DNA of 64,000 bases. Origin: Desulfosudaceae bacterium. Its GTDB lineage: Bacteria; Desulfobacterota; Desulfobacteria; Desulfobacterales; Desulfosudaceae. Position 1 is the stretch's first letter; every line of letters starts with the position of its first letter. The DNA lies in assembly GCA_963674745.2 (NCBI GenBank), contig CAXXDV010000001.1:160001-224000 (forward strand), written 5' to 3'. Position numbers and translations under genes: made by a program. Shown here one piece after another: positions 1-9,504 of this stretch. The notes under the pieces were generated by a model. The model was not told the origin of the DNA. It ran no database searches and worked only from the letters and a program-made list of their open reading frames with translations.

Positions 1-1101
1 ATCATACAGTTGTCTTTTGGTTGTTTTTTTAATATCGATAACCGCTTCCAGTATCTCGCACTCTTTAACCACTTCGGGCAGGTCCACGGACACTTCGAGC
101 CCGAGGTTGACGTCCCCGCCGGCAACAGCGTCCCTTCTTTCTCCGGAGGGGCCTAACATGACAGCCGTTTCCGGTGCTAGAAGGCGAAGACCGCAATTGT
201 CGGCATATACCGGCCGAAACAGAATCATTTCTTCCGGCAACGGATCGCCCGGATTGCGGTTTGCCTGGAGCTCAAAATCCAGAGACAGGGAACCGCCCGG
301 TTCAAGGGGGTCGGAGATGACAAATGTCCCTGATCCGGCATCATAAACAAAACCCGGAGACATTTCACTGACAGTGACAAAAAAACGGGTCAGGTTGGTT
401 TCAAGGGCAAGGCCCGACGCCCTGCCGTCACCGGTGTTGCTGATGGAAATGCTTACCGGCTGTTTGTGTCCGGAAACAAATGATTCGGGAGAGATATCGA
501 CCGTATAACGAATTTCCGGGGTGGTGATCACGGGGGCCAGGTAATAAATTTTTTCCGACTGGCAGGAATACAACTCATCGGTAAACACATAAACGGACAG
601 ATCTTTGCAGGAAGCGACTTCCAGGTCAAAGGTATACCAGCAGGTTGAATCAGACAGCCGCTCACCGACAACGAGTGATTTCCGGGGCATGCCGATGATC
701 TCCGGGATATCGACATCGATTTTCTGGGCCTGTTCGTCATAGCGGCATTGGACACGATTGGTCGACAGGCTGCCCCGGTAAACAAAGCCTTCCCCCCAGG
801 ACGCGCTGCACTGCAATAAACGCAAAATACCGGAATAGGAATTATGAATCCGGACCCGAAAGGTAATCACATCCCCCAGGTCCGCTTCCGGATAGGCCGT
901 GGGGGATATTGCCTGACCGTTTATTTTGACCGCCTCCAGGTAGGACTCGACACTGTCCTGGACCCTGGGCGCATCGATCACGACCGGATCCGCCTCGTTA
1001 ACGGCGGCCGTGACGCCGGCTGAAAAAAAGATCAAACAGATTAACAACAAAGGCAAAACACGTAAAAACGATAAATTAACCCTCACATTAATCCTTGACA
1101 T
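1..1101 (-). CDS. Secreted protein with Ig-like/DUF11-like beta domains (5' part; runs off window edge)
   Basis: Not in the ORF track because it has no stop in the window. ATG at 1101 follows an AAGGA RBS. Translates MSRINVRVNLSFLRVLPLLLICLIFFSAGVTAA (signal-like), then GDVITFRVRIHN and VSISISNTGDGRA, which are typical DUF11/CARDB-like strands. Confidence 0.7.
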   Translation of the reverse strand, partial: MSRINVRVNLSFLRVLPLLLICLIFFSAGVTAAVNEADPVVIDAPRVQDSVESYLEAVKINGQAISPTAYPEADLGDVITFRVRIHNSYSGILRLLQCSASWGEGFVYRGSLSTNRVQCRYDEQAQKIDVDIPEIIGMPRKSLVVGERLSDSTCWYTFDLEVASCKDLSVYVFTDELYSCQSEKIYYLAPVITTPEIRYTVDISPESFVSGHKQPVSISISNTGDGRASGLALETNLTRFFVTVSEMSPGFVYDAGSGTFVISDPLEPGGSLSLDFELQANRNPGDPLPEEMILFRPVYADNCGLRLLAPETAVMLGPSGERRDAVAGGDVNLGLEVSVDLPEVVKECEILEAVIDIKKTTKRQLYD

Positions 1102-1125
1102 GACGTTCCTTTTAAAAATTACCCC

Positions 1126-1806
1126 TTATGGTACCATCGGGCTGATCACCGGGCGCCTGCCCTCGCCTTCGATGGTGATCCGTGACACGCCGATCGCCAG
1201 TAAAGCCGGTTGCGGCAGGGAATGGCGGTTGAACACATGACCGAAAAAATCCAGAAACGAATGGTAAACGGCGATTACGGTTGCCGGCGGGATATTAAAC
1301 CACCGGACGACCTGCACCACCAACTCCCGTTCGGCTTCGTTTTCCGCCAGGGCCCGCAATAAATCGGCTTTGGTGCGATCATGCCTGAGCATGAAATCAC
1401 AGGTCTCATAAAGACCGCCGAGACCGGTTTCCCATTGAATCAACCAGGTCAACACCTGTTCCGGAGGCGTGCCCCGCTCGTTCAAAACCCCGAGAGCACT
1501 TTCAAAATCCAGGTCCCCCTGAAGGCAGAACAGGATGATCTTTTCCGGTTCAATACCCGCCGCCAGCAGCGCCTCGACCAGCGCCGACGGGGATACCCCG
1601 CTGTTTTTAGCGGCTTTGATAATAAGCGCAATAGGAACATTCGCGTTCAACAGCATCTTCACGGCCGCTGAAACATCGCCTTTTTCAAACGCGGATTGGG
1701 GCAGGGTTTCGCTGTAGGTTGATGCCGGCACATTAATCGCGCCCGCGAACAGCGGCAGGCCGAACACAAAGCACACGACCACACCCAAAACTGTAAATTT
1801 CTTCAT
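1126..1806 (-). CDS. Secreted hypothetical protein, helical
   Basis: 226-aa ORF with an N-terminal signal peptide (MKKFTVLGVVVCFVFGLPLFAGA) and a GGGGGA RBS. Confidence 0.7.
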   Translation of the reverse strand: MKKFTVLGVVVCFVFGLPLFAGAINVPASTYSETLPQSAFEKGDVSAAVKMLLNANVPIALIIKAAKNSGVSPSALVEALLAAGIEPEKIILFCLQGDLDFESALGVLNERGTPPEQVLTWLIQWETGLGGLYETCDFMLRHDRTKADLLRALAENEAERELVVQVVRWFNIPPATVIAVYHSFLDFFGHVFNRHSLPQPALLAIGVSRITIEGEGRRPVISPMVP

Positions 1807-2024
1807 GGTTCCCCCCAGTTTTTACCGGTATTAAAAAAAACCGGCAAATGGAAAGTAAGTACCCAAAAAAACTACATCAATTAAAAAATGAAGATTATCA
1901 CGAAATGAACAGCCCGTCAATTAAAAACTGAAAAAATATCATACACCTGACACTTTCCTCGCCGGAATCTAACAGACTCTCCGGAGACACCCCCAACTTG
2001 CGACATAATCACCTGAGCCCTGGA

Positions 2025-2076
2025 CCTCGAACCCCAAACCTCGAACCTCAAACCCCGAACCCCGAACCCCGAACCC
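2025..2076. repeat. Degenerate heptamer tandem repeat (CCCGAAC)n overlapping the ABC transporter stop
   Basis: cctcgaa-ccccaaa-cctcgaa-cctcaaa-ccccgaa x3. The same heptamer recurs at about 13077-13104. Confidence 0.85.
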
Positions 2077-3883
2077 CCAGCCTCTTAACCTGCTTTTCAT
2101 ACAACTCCGCATAATACCCCTTATTCCGCATCAGCACTTCATGCTCCCCCTGCTCCACAATGCGCCCCTCCCGTAATACCAAAATCCGGTCGGCCAGACG
2201 AACCGTGGAAAACCGGTGACTGATCAACAGGGCACTTTTATTCTCCAGAAGTTCCCGGAACCGGGTAAACACCTCGTATTCGGCCTTGGGGTCCAGGCTG
2301 CTGGTCGGCTCATCCAGCACGATCAGCCGGGCGTCCCGCAAAAAAGCCCGGGCCAGGGCGATCATCTGCCACTGGCCGATGCTCAGTTCCACCCCGTCCT
2401 TGAATATTTTGCCCAGAATGGTCTGGTATTCTTTCGGCAGGGCCGCAATTACCCGGTGGGCCCCGGCCCGTTCGGCTGCCCCTCGAACCGTCGCCATTTC
2501 GGCTTCCGGCAGATCAATGTTGCCGAACCGGATATTGTCGGCCGCAGACAGATTGTATTTGACAAAATCCTGAAAAATAACACTGATCTCTTGCCGAAGA
2601 TCGGCAATACCGTACCTGTCCAGGGGAATACCCTCCAGGGTAATCCGGCCCTGTGGGGGGTCATAAAGCCGGCACAAAAGTTTGGCAATGGTGGTTTTGC
2701 CGGATCCGTTTTCACCGACCAGGGCCACCACTTCCCCGGGTTTGATGCAAAAAGACGTGTCTTTGAGCACCATGGCCGGGGTGTTGGGATAGCCGAACCA
2801 GACATTTTCAAAGCAAAACCCGTCGCGCTCATTCCCGGGTATCGGCAGGGGTTTGTCCGGATCTTTAACAACCGGCTCAACATCCAGAAACTGAAACAGA
2901 TAGGCCAGAAACAGGTTGCACTCGTACAGATCCGCCATCCCGGCCAGCACATTTTTCAAGGCCCCCAGCCCCCGCTGAAAGGCCTGGTAAAACATGACCA
3001 TATCACCCGGCGTAATGGCGCCGGTCACCGCCCGCCAGGCCATGACCCCGAACATGCCGAACACGGCCGCGAAACTGCCCATCTGGGCCAGTAAATCCGC
3101 AATTGCCCGCCGCCGTGAAATGGACAGCTTTTCTTTCCGTAATGACCGCCGCACCCGGTTAAAGCGATGGCTGATCTCCGTTCCAATGCCGAACAGCCGC
3201 ACTTCCTTGGCATGGACGTTGCCGGTTAAAATCCAGTTATAATAAGCGGCCATGCGCTCATCCGGGGTTTTTTGGGCCTGCCAGTTGAACATGACCCGGG
3301 AAAACTTGATCCGGACCAGGATACCCGGCACCGCCGCCAGCACCAGGATGACGGCCACGGCCCAGTGAAATGTCAACAGCAAGCCGGCCATGGCCAGCAA
3401 AGAGATACTGCTCTGCCCCAGTTGAATGAGGGTATTGACGATCTGTGTCGGCCGGAACGGCCCCTCCCGCTGGGCCCGGTGCAGGGTGTCAAAATACTGG
3501 GGGTTTTCATAAAAATCCAGATCCGCCTCAATGGATTTGGCATGCAGCACATCATACATCCGGTCCCCCACCTTGAGGCTCAAGGCCTCGCGCATCAATC
3601 CGGATATGGACTGCAAACCCGCTTGCCCCAGGGCCAGTCCCCCGGCACCGACCACCAGCATCATCACCCGCCCAAAAGCCGCCTGCGGATCCGGTGACCC
3701 CATGGCCCCAATCACCGTATCCACGATCAGCTTCATCAAATACAACGATGCCAGGGGCAAAATCCCCTGCAGGGCCATGATCACGGCCGACCCGACCACC
3801 CGGCCCGGAGCGGCCCGCCACACAAACCCCACCGCCCGGTCCAACCGCACGGCATGACGTATTTTTTGACGCAACGGTTTCAT
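2048..3883 (-). CDS. ABC exporter, fused permease + ATPase
   Basis: 611 aa with N-terminal TM helices, Walker A GENGSGKT, signature LSIGQWQ, Walker B LIVLDEPT and H-loop ISHR. Confidence 0.93.
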   Translation of the reverse strand: MKPLRQKIRHAVRLDRAVGFVWRAAPGRVVGSAVIMALQGILPLASLYLMKLIVDTVIGAMGSPDPQAAFGRVMMLVVGAGGLALGQAGLQSISGLMREALSLKVGDRMYDVLHAKSIEADLDFYENPQYFDTLHRAQREGPFRPTQIVNTLIQLGQSSISLLAMAGLLLTFHWAVAVILVLAAVPGILVRIKFSRVMFNWQAQKTPDERMAAYYNWILTGNVHAKEVRLFGIGTEISHRFNRVRRSLRKEKLSISRRRAIADLLAQMGSFAAVFGMFGVMAWRAVTGAITPGDMVMFYQAFQRGLGALKNVLAGMADLYECNLFLAYLFQFLDVEPVVKDPDKPLPIPGNERDGFCFENVWFGYPNTPAMVLKDTSFCIKPGEVVALVGENGSGKTTIAKLLCRLYDPPQGRITLEGIPLDRYGIADLRQEISVIFQDFVKYNLSAADNIRFGNIDLPEAEMATVRGAAERAGAHRVIAALPKEYQTILGKIFKDGVELSIGQWQMIALARAFLRDARLIVLDEPTSSLDPKAEYEVFTRFRELLENKSALLISHRFSTVRLADRILVLREGRIVEQGEHEVLMRNKGYYAELYEKQVKRLGVRGSGFGV

Positions 3884-3927
3884 TTTTTATTCATTAAATT
3901 TTATTCGGACGGTTATGAAGGTTTTAA

Positions 3928-4063
3928 GTGGTTATGTGGTTATGTGGTTATGTGGTTAGGTGGTTAGGTGGTTAGGTGGTTATGTGGTTATGTGGTTAGG
4001 TGGTTAAGTGATTAAGTGGTTAGGTGGTTAGGTGGTTATGTGGTTAGGTGGTTAAGTGATTAA
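3928..4063 (+). repeat. Octamer tandem array (GTGRTTAD) x17
   Basis: 17 consecutive 8-nt units counted (gtggttat/gtggttag/gtggttaa/gtgattaa). Confidence 0.95.
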
Positions 4064-4081
4064 GTGGTCGGGTTCCTGCCT

Positions 4082-4356
4082 CGTCATTCCGGGCAGTGGA
4101 GCGAAGCGGAACGTGACCCGGAATCTAGAAAAGGATTTAGGTTTTAGCGTTTTAAGGTTTAACCGTCCGTCCGTACTATGTGTCTCGGGTGTAGGGGCGA
4201 CCGGCTGGTCGCCCTTCCATAATGATATTCGACAGAACTGGATTCCGGATCTTGCCCCGCCTTCGGCGGGTCTTGTCCGGAATGACGATGCCAAGGATTG
4301 CGACACACTCTCTTGACCCGGAATCCAGATCGACCATGGCAACCCCGGGCTGAACA
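4082..4356. repeat. Cluster of REP-like palindromes (CGTC-type at 4082-4128, 4238-4287, 4312-4328; GTAG-type at 4191-4215)
   Basis: cgtcattccggg...cccggaatc; ctggattccgg...ccggaatgacg; gtag-gggcgacc-ggct-ggtcgccc. Confidence 0.85.
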
Positions 4357-4503
4357 AAAACAAAACAGAACAACACACCGACACCCCAATCCGTGTAATC
4401 CGTGTCAAAAAAAAGCGGAACACCTCGCACAGGCCACCCCCACCGCTCAAACCCCGCCACCGCCACCGCAATGCGGCCCCGCCACACCTCAAACCCTGCC
4501 CAC

Positions 4504-4591
4504 ATAACCACTTAAACACATAACCACTTAAACACATAATCACATAACCACTTAACCACTTAATCACTTAATCACTTAACCACATAACCAC
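4504..4591 (-). repeat. Octamer tandem array x11, inverted relative to 3928-4063
   Basis: ataaccac/ttaaccac/ttaatcac/ataatcac/ttaaacac units. Confidence 0.95.
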
Positions 4592-4660
4592 CTAAAACTT
4601 ATTGAAGTAAAACAGGACAAACAGGGCATGATATGCCCAGAATGGATTACGACGATACGA

Positions 4661-5248
4661 CTATACTTTTTCGACCGGCCCGATGACCAAATCCCACGGC
4701 TTTCGGCACTCAAAAGCACCCGTGTCCGGCCGGAAGCGGGCCACAACCCGTTTATTGCAGATATATTGAATATGTGTCCCTTTAGCGGAGTTGATCATGA
4801 GCCGGGTGATGCGGGGCCGCCAGAACCAACTGACGATTCCGGATGTCCTGAGTCTGTCATAAAGGGGAAAAATGATTCGAACCCCTTGCCGGCGTACTTT
4901 CCAGTAGCAATGAAGCCCCCAGCCACGGCAACGTCCAAGCCATCCGCCATGAACAATTAAAATACGGCCATTGCGTTCTTTATAACATACCCGGCCCACA
5001 AAATTACTTTCAGTCACCACCCCTTTGTCCTCGTGCGCTAAAGCATCCCCACGAGTTACCAGCCCCCCGCTGATGCGTCGCACCACCCGGTGGACGATCT
5101 CATCTTGCTCTTCCCCGCGCTGCCTGAAAAACACCACCACATCCCCGGGCCTTACCCGCGACAGCGACACAGGCTCAACCGTCAACACATCCCCCGGTTG
5201 AAAGGCGCCTTTCATGCTTAAGCCAAGATATACTCGTTGTGTATGCAT
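4661..5248 (-). CDS. S24/S26 family (signal peptidase I-like) peptidase
   Basis: GLSM (catalytic Ser), PGDVVVF, IVHRVV (His) and TRGD motifs. Start placed at ATG 5248 to avoid overlap with the upstream ORF. Confidence 0.8.
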   Translation of the reverse strand: MHTQRVYLGLSMKGAFQPGDVLTVEPVSLSRVRPGDVVVFFRQRGEEQDEIVHRVVRRISGGLVTRGDALAHEDKGVVTESNFVGRVCYKERNGRILIVHGGWLGRCRGWGLHCYWKVRRQGVRIIFPLYDRLRTSGIVSWFWRPRITRLMINSAKGTHIQYICNKRVVARFRPDTGAFECRKPWDLVIGPVEKV

Positions 5249-5261
5249 TCTCAGACCTGCG

Positions 5262-5528
5262 CTACCAGCCGGGCGAATCGCCCGTGTGACAACTCTCACC
5301 CGCAGTCCCACCATGCGTATAACAATTTGAAGTTGCTACATTGCCAGTTGGGCAATATGGTGTGTATGCAGGATCATTGCCCCATCCGCAGGTCAAACCA
5401 GCATTCGATCCACCTCTACATTGATCTCCTGCACTGGTTCCATCGCTACACGATTCCCCCAAGACTGAAGCGATTTTCCCCACAGCCATGCTCTTCGGTT
5501 TTTCATATTTAATTTTTTTGTTTGGCAT
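5262..5528 (-). CDS. Putative RiPP precursor peptide (YEKP leader, six Cys repeats)
   Basis: 88 aa with an AGGGG RBS. Basic leader, then a Gly/Ser/Thr-rich core with Cys at 27, 37, 47, 59, 69 and 80. Lies inside the rSAM/PqqD operon. Confidence 0.85.
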   Translation of the reverse strand: MPNKKIKYEKPKSMAVGKIASVLGESCSDGTSAGDQCRGGSNAGLTCGWGNDPAYTPYCPTGNVATSNCYTHGGTAGESCHTGDSPGW

Positions 5529-5545
5529 AACGCACCCCTGTCAGG

Positions 5546-6115
5546 TTAATTGTCAGAAATTTTAATTATAGTTTCATCTAATCTTTTTTGCAACAAAGAG
5601 ACAACCGACTGCTTTTCAAGCGAGAATTGCAACTGCCATCCCGGATATTGCCTGGCCATCAAAACCGCGAACTGAAACCATCTTTGTGCCAGATCCGGGC
5701 GGGTCTTTTTTCGCTGGATATCAATCTCAAAAACCGCGTCCATAAGATATTCACAGGTTTTAATCGAAGACAGTGGCTTTAGGTCAGTATGTTGAGCTGC
5801 GAAAATACGAACAATGGCATGCAGCGGATACCACCTATCCTCTTCCTGCAATATCTCCTTATACGTACTGTCGTTTTCATATACCATAGATTTAATTTGG
5901 CGGCCGCTCATTACCCCCCAAATCCCGTTGTTCAATGATCTGGCAAACACCAGATCATCCGCGATCAAATAAAAATGGTCAGAAAGCAATGAGCTTAGCG
6001 TCGTTTTGCCGGAGCAGGAATGCCCCATCAACAAAATAGCGCCATAGGGGCCATCAACAGCCGCCGCATGCAAAAACAGACCGAATTTGCTATGAGAGAC
6101 AATTGGTTCCGGCAT
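5546..6115 (-). CDS. HPr kinase-like P-loop protein (ScmC-like)
   Basis: FLHAAAV, Walker A GHSCSGKTTLS and IADD motifs match HprK-related kinases. ATG 6115 follows a GAGG RBS. Confidence 0.7.
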   Translation of the reverse strand: MPEPIVSHSKFGLFLHAAAVDGPYGAILLMGHSCSGKTTLSSLLSDHFYLIADDLVFARSLNNGIWGVMSGRQIKSMVYENDSTYKEILQEEDRWYPLHAIVRIFAAQHTDLKPLSSIKTCEYLMDAVFEIDIQRKKTRPDLAQRWFQFAVLMARQYPGWQLQFSLEKQSVVSLLQKRLDETIIKISDN

Positions 6116-7304
6116 GTTTAACCTCATCGCCTGGTTCATTTGGTGTGTGGCTGTTTTCGATATATGTACGACGGCGTGAATCCGGAAACAACCCGCGTGC
6201 TGCCGCTTCCTGGCACATGGGATCGGGCGATATTAATTTCCCATTTACCACATAATTCTGGGCCACACAATGCATCAGGCATCTGGAAGAGTGAATACAG
6301 TCACCGCAGATACCGGGGTATTGACCGGCAAGGCCGCTTCGCAATTCGTTCAGCAGTGGATGATGGATCCAGACATCTTTTAAATCATCCGTACCCAGAC
6401 TGCCGAAACAAAGCTCCGGAATGGTGCGCCCAATACCGCACAGCGCCATTTCTCCACTCCCCAGGATCCCCAGAACATTTAACACATTACAGGTTCCACA
6501 CGATTTCCCGACGCGGAGGATCTCGGATATGGCGAGCAGGGCCGGAGGCATCATGATGGTCAATGGGATGGAAACGCGCTGCTGAAGCTCCTGATTTATA
6601 TAATGCACCAGTTTGAGCGTCTCATCAAACACGAGGGTATCCCCTTTTTTGTGCAGCCCATCCCCCCGGCCGACACTATTGACCGGGTTGAATTTAACGG
6701 ACCCGACCCCAAGATCAACCGCTAATTGAACCAGGTCGTCTATTTCATGAAGATTGCCACGATGCGGACACATGATGATCTGCGGCCGGAACCCGGCTGC
6801 AACCAGATTTTTAACCCCCTGAACCGCCTTATCAAAAGCGCCTTCAACGCCCCGGAACCAATCGTGATAAGACGGTCTTGGGCTGTCAATGCTGACCGAT
6901 ATGTGCCACAGGCTTGTATTTTCTTTTAAATGAACTGCCAGATCTTTGTCGATCAGCGTACCATTGGTTTCCATGGTCAACGGGATTTTCTGTTCCGTAA
7001 AAAAATCGACGATTTCGACAAACTGGGGGTGTAAAACCGGCTCCCCGCCGGTCAGCTTGGCATTTGTCAATCCGAGGGGCCTGGCAGCTGCCACGGCATT
7101 CTTAAGCTGTTCCAGATCGATATATTCACCCGGTGTCGGCTTGCCATCCACATATGTCGGCGCGATCCAGCAATGTCGGCAGCGCAGGTTGCACCCATTG
7201 GTCAGGTAGAGATAAAAAGAATGTAAAGGGGGTACCCCCTCCGGAAGGTCCAATTGTTCTTGTATAGATTCGGCTTGTTCGGGCGGTTGCATATCACAGC
7301 TCAT
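6090..7304 (-). CDS. scmF: Radical SAM/SPASM maturase, SynChlorMet ScmF-like
   Basis: YLYLTNGCNLRCRHCWI, TGGEP and a C-terminal Cys-rich SPASM region (CGTC, CGDC, C..HC). ATGA overlap with the upstream PqqD gene. Confidence 0.8.
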   Translation of the reverse strand: MSCDMQPPEQAESIQEQLDLPEGVPPLHSFYLYLTNGCNLRCRHCWIAPTYVDGKPTPGEYIDLEQLKNAVAAARPLGLTNAKLTGGEPVLHPQFVEIVDFFTEQKIPLTMETNGTLIDKDLAVHLKENTSLWHISVSIDSPRPSYHDWFRGVEGAFDKAVQGVKNLVAAGFRPQIIMCPHRGNLHEIDDLVQLAVDLGVGSVKFNPVNSVGRGDGLHKKGDTLVFDETLKLVHYINQELQQRVSIPLTIMMPPALLAISEILRVGKSCGTCNVLNVLGILGSGEMALCGIGRTIPELCFGSLGTDDLKDVWIHHPLLNELRSGLAGQYPGICGDCIHSSRCLMHCVAQNYVVNGKLISPDPMCQEAAARGLFPDSRRRTYIENSHTPNEPGDEVKHAGTNCLS

Positions 7305-7903
7305 TCGATGACCTCTCCGATAAAACCGGCTGATTTGAGTTGTTCAATGAAGGCCTCCACATCATTCACAACCTGGTCCTCAGGCACGTCTTCACAGACA
7401 TCCAGCAGATACTCGACAATCTCCTGTTTTGTCCGTGGGTATTCCAGAGACTCCCAAATAGCCAGTCCTGTGGGATTGATGGCCTGAACCGCGTCGGTTT
7501 CCGGGTTGAACAAAATCGCGCCTTCAGGCTCTTCAACACGACAGGAGATGTCGCGATTCATGCTGTATTTTGTATTTTCCATATTTTTAAAATCCTTAAT
7601 GCCTGAAAGTCGGCCCACCTCTTTTATAACAGACTGATTATTCAAATCAATTAAAATGGCCATAACGTCCTGTGCCAACAAATCAGTGGATGTTTCATAG
7701 GTGACATTCAAGACATTAACGATATCATCTACCGTTTGTTTACCATCCAGAAGATTGAGGACATCCCGCGCAACCGCGTTGATTTTCACCAGCCGGCGTT
7801 CCTCGGGCAAAAAAATCAAGGATTCGTCACCAAAATCTTCAATGGCCACATTCTGCCGGACAACATAACGATTATTTAACTCCTGGTCATCGTATTCAAC
7901 CAT
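7301..7903 (-). CDS. Tandem double PqqD/RRE domain protein (ScmD-like)
   Basis: Two PqqD-type units: EDFGDESLIF..INAVARDVLNLLDG and EEPEGAILFNPET..INPTGLAIWESL..DVEAFIEQLKSAGFI. Confidence 0.85.
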   Translation of the reverse strand: MVEYDDQELNNRYVVRQNVAIEDFGDESLIFLPEERRLVKINAVARDVLNLLDGKQTVDDIVNVLNVTYETSTDLLAQDVMAILIDLNNQSVIKEVGRLSGIKDFKNMENTKYSMNRDISCRVEEPEGAILFNPETDAVQAINPTGLAIWESLEYPRTKQEIVEYLLDVCEDVPEDQVVNDVEAFIEQLKSAGFIGEVIE

Positions 7904-7922
7904 TGTTGGTCTCGCAAAAATA

Positions 7923-8004
7923 GTCATTCCGAGCAAGTCCTGCCGAAGGCGGGCCCGCTGGATCCCGGCTCACATTTCGCTTCGCTCCATTGGCCGGGAT
8001 GACG
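7923..8004. repeat. REP-like palindrome inserted between the scmE-like and PqqD genes
   Basis: tggatcccggctcacatttcgcttcgctccattggccgggatgacg is nearly identical to 51872-51917 and resembles the reverse complement of 4082-4128. Confidence 0.75.
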
Positions 8005-8061
8005 AGTTGTGAGACAGTCTCCAAGCCCGGAATTACGATGGCAACACTTTTTATAAAGCCA

Positions 8062-9504
8062 TCAGCCATGGGACAATTCATCAATAAACGGTTTATCAAA
8101 AGCCATTACCTGATTTTTGAATCGCCGATAACAGTCATGGGGATTGGCCCGGTTAATCTCCCCGGTCATTTCATGGGCCAGGCCCGGGCAACTGCCGTTA
8201 CAATACGGCGCCCATTCACAATCTTCGCAACCCGGCACCTGGGTCATGAGGATTTTTCGCCGGTCTTTGAGGGCCTGTAAGGATGAGTGATGCTTCCAGA
8301 TATCGGTTAATCGGCCCTGGTTAACCTGACCCAGCACCACTTTGGCCAGCATGTTACATGGCGTGATAACCCCGTCCGGGTGGACAGAAAGTTTGTTGTA
8401 CATACAGCCACAGGCCGTCAGATAGCCCATTTTCCATCGAGCAGTCATTTCCCCGGTGGCTTTGGCGTGCTCCATTTCCCGGTATGAATACCACTTGGCC
8501 AGGGGACCGGCCGTAGCGGTAACCCGGCCGTTGTATTGTTTTTCCAGCCGGGCCAGGGATTTCATGGCTAGTACCTGCTGCTGCGGTGTCAGTGTAATGG
8601 TTTTTTGATTATTACACCCGGAACCCATGGGCATGGCATCATTGGTTCCGAAACTGTTTATGCCCACATCCTTCAGCAGCAGCCGGGCGATATTATCAAG
8701 GTCGTCTACATTGTGGCGATTGACCGTTACCCGGACGGTTACCGGAAAACCGGTTTCTTTGAGCAGACGCAAAGCCCGGTACGCTTTCTCAAAACTCCCT
8801 TTACCACGGCTTTTGTCATGGACCTCGGCGCAGGAACCGTCAATAGACACCTGGATGCTGTTTAGCCGTTGGCGTCGGTTGTGTTTTTCAAATTCGGACA
8901 AAACCGTTTCCGTAATCAGTGTGCCGTTGCTTAGGATGCTGTAACGCATGCGGCTGTCAATAAGCGCGTCAATCAACGCCCATAAATCCGGCCGGACAAA
9001 GACCTCTCCTCCGCTCAGGGTGGCGCTCCGGACTCCGAATCGTTTTAACTCATCAAAAAAGGTCAGCCATTCCGGAAGCGGCAGGTCCGGACGAGAAGCC
9101 ATTTCATCCGCGTAAAAGCAGTAGGCGCAATGAAGGTTGCATTTTCCGGTCAGGGACAGATCAAAATCTCGAGGGGCATCGGCAATATTTGAATACGCTT
9201 CTGTCGGCATCGGTTTTTCGACCGGGGTTTCCGAGGCAACAGCAAACCCTTCGTTCAGTAATTCACCCGAAAATTCGGTGACGTCGGACAGAATTTCATC
9301 GTTGACGGAGATGTCGCAACGGGCGGCAAGGGTTTGGGCAAGGGCATCGGTGTGCGCCGTGCCGTCCATGGCCTGCCATACGATCAGGCCGGTGAGGTTG
9401 ATGACTTTTTCCCGGCCGGTGTCCGGGTCAAACAAGATGGCATTGTCCCCTTCAAGGCAGACGGAGATTTGGGGTTGGCGGGACCAGTATATTTTATTTT
9501 TCAT
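8062..9504 (-). CDS. scmE: PqqD/RRE fused to radical SAM/SPASM maturase, ScmE-like
   Basis: N-terminal ~95-aa PqqD-like domain (AILFDPDTG..INLTGLIVWQAMDG), then DLSLTGKCNLHCAYC, SGGE and SPASM Cys motifs (CGC, TPC, CEDCEWAPYCNGSC, DC). Confidence 0.8.
   Translation of the reverse strand: MKNKIYWSRQPQISVCLEGDNAILFDPDTGREKVINLTGLIVWQAMDGTAHTDALAQTLAARCDISVNDEILSDVTEFSGELLNEGFAVASETPVEKPMPTEAYSNIADAPRDFDLSLTGKCNLHCAYCFYADEMASRPDLPLPEWLTFFDELKRFGVRSATLSGGEVFVRPDLWALIDALIDSRMRYSILSNGTLITETVLSEFEKHNRRQRLNSIQVSIDGSCAEVHDKSRGKGSFEKAYRALRLLKETGFPVTVRVTVNRHNVDDLDNIARLLLKDVGINSFGTNDAMPMGSGCNNQKTITLTPQQQVLAMKSLARLEKQYNGRVTATAGPLAKWYSYREMEHAKATGEMTARWKMGYLTACGCMYNKLSVHPDGVITPCNMLAKVVLGQVNQGRLTDIWKHHSSLQALKDRRKILMTQVPGCEDCEWAPYCNGSCPGLAHEMTGEINRANPHDCYRRFKNQVMAFDKPFIDELSHG

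Noticed and set aside
2216..3094. 292-aa plus-strand ORF
   Set aside because: Antisense shadow of the ABC transporter.
4052..4567. Several overlapping ORFs of 69-171 aa
   Set aside because: They derive from octamer and REP repeats and show no protein-like motifs.
5262..5528. Lasso peptide precursor (YxxP leader, kinase/NTase neighbours)
   Set aside because: No asparagine-synthetase-like cyclase or transglutaminase-like B2 protease in the window, and the core is long and Cys-repetitive.
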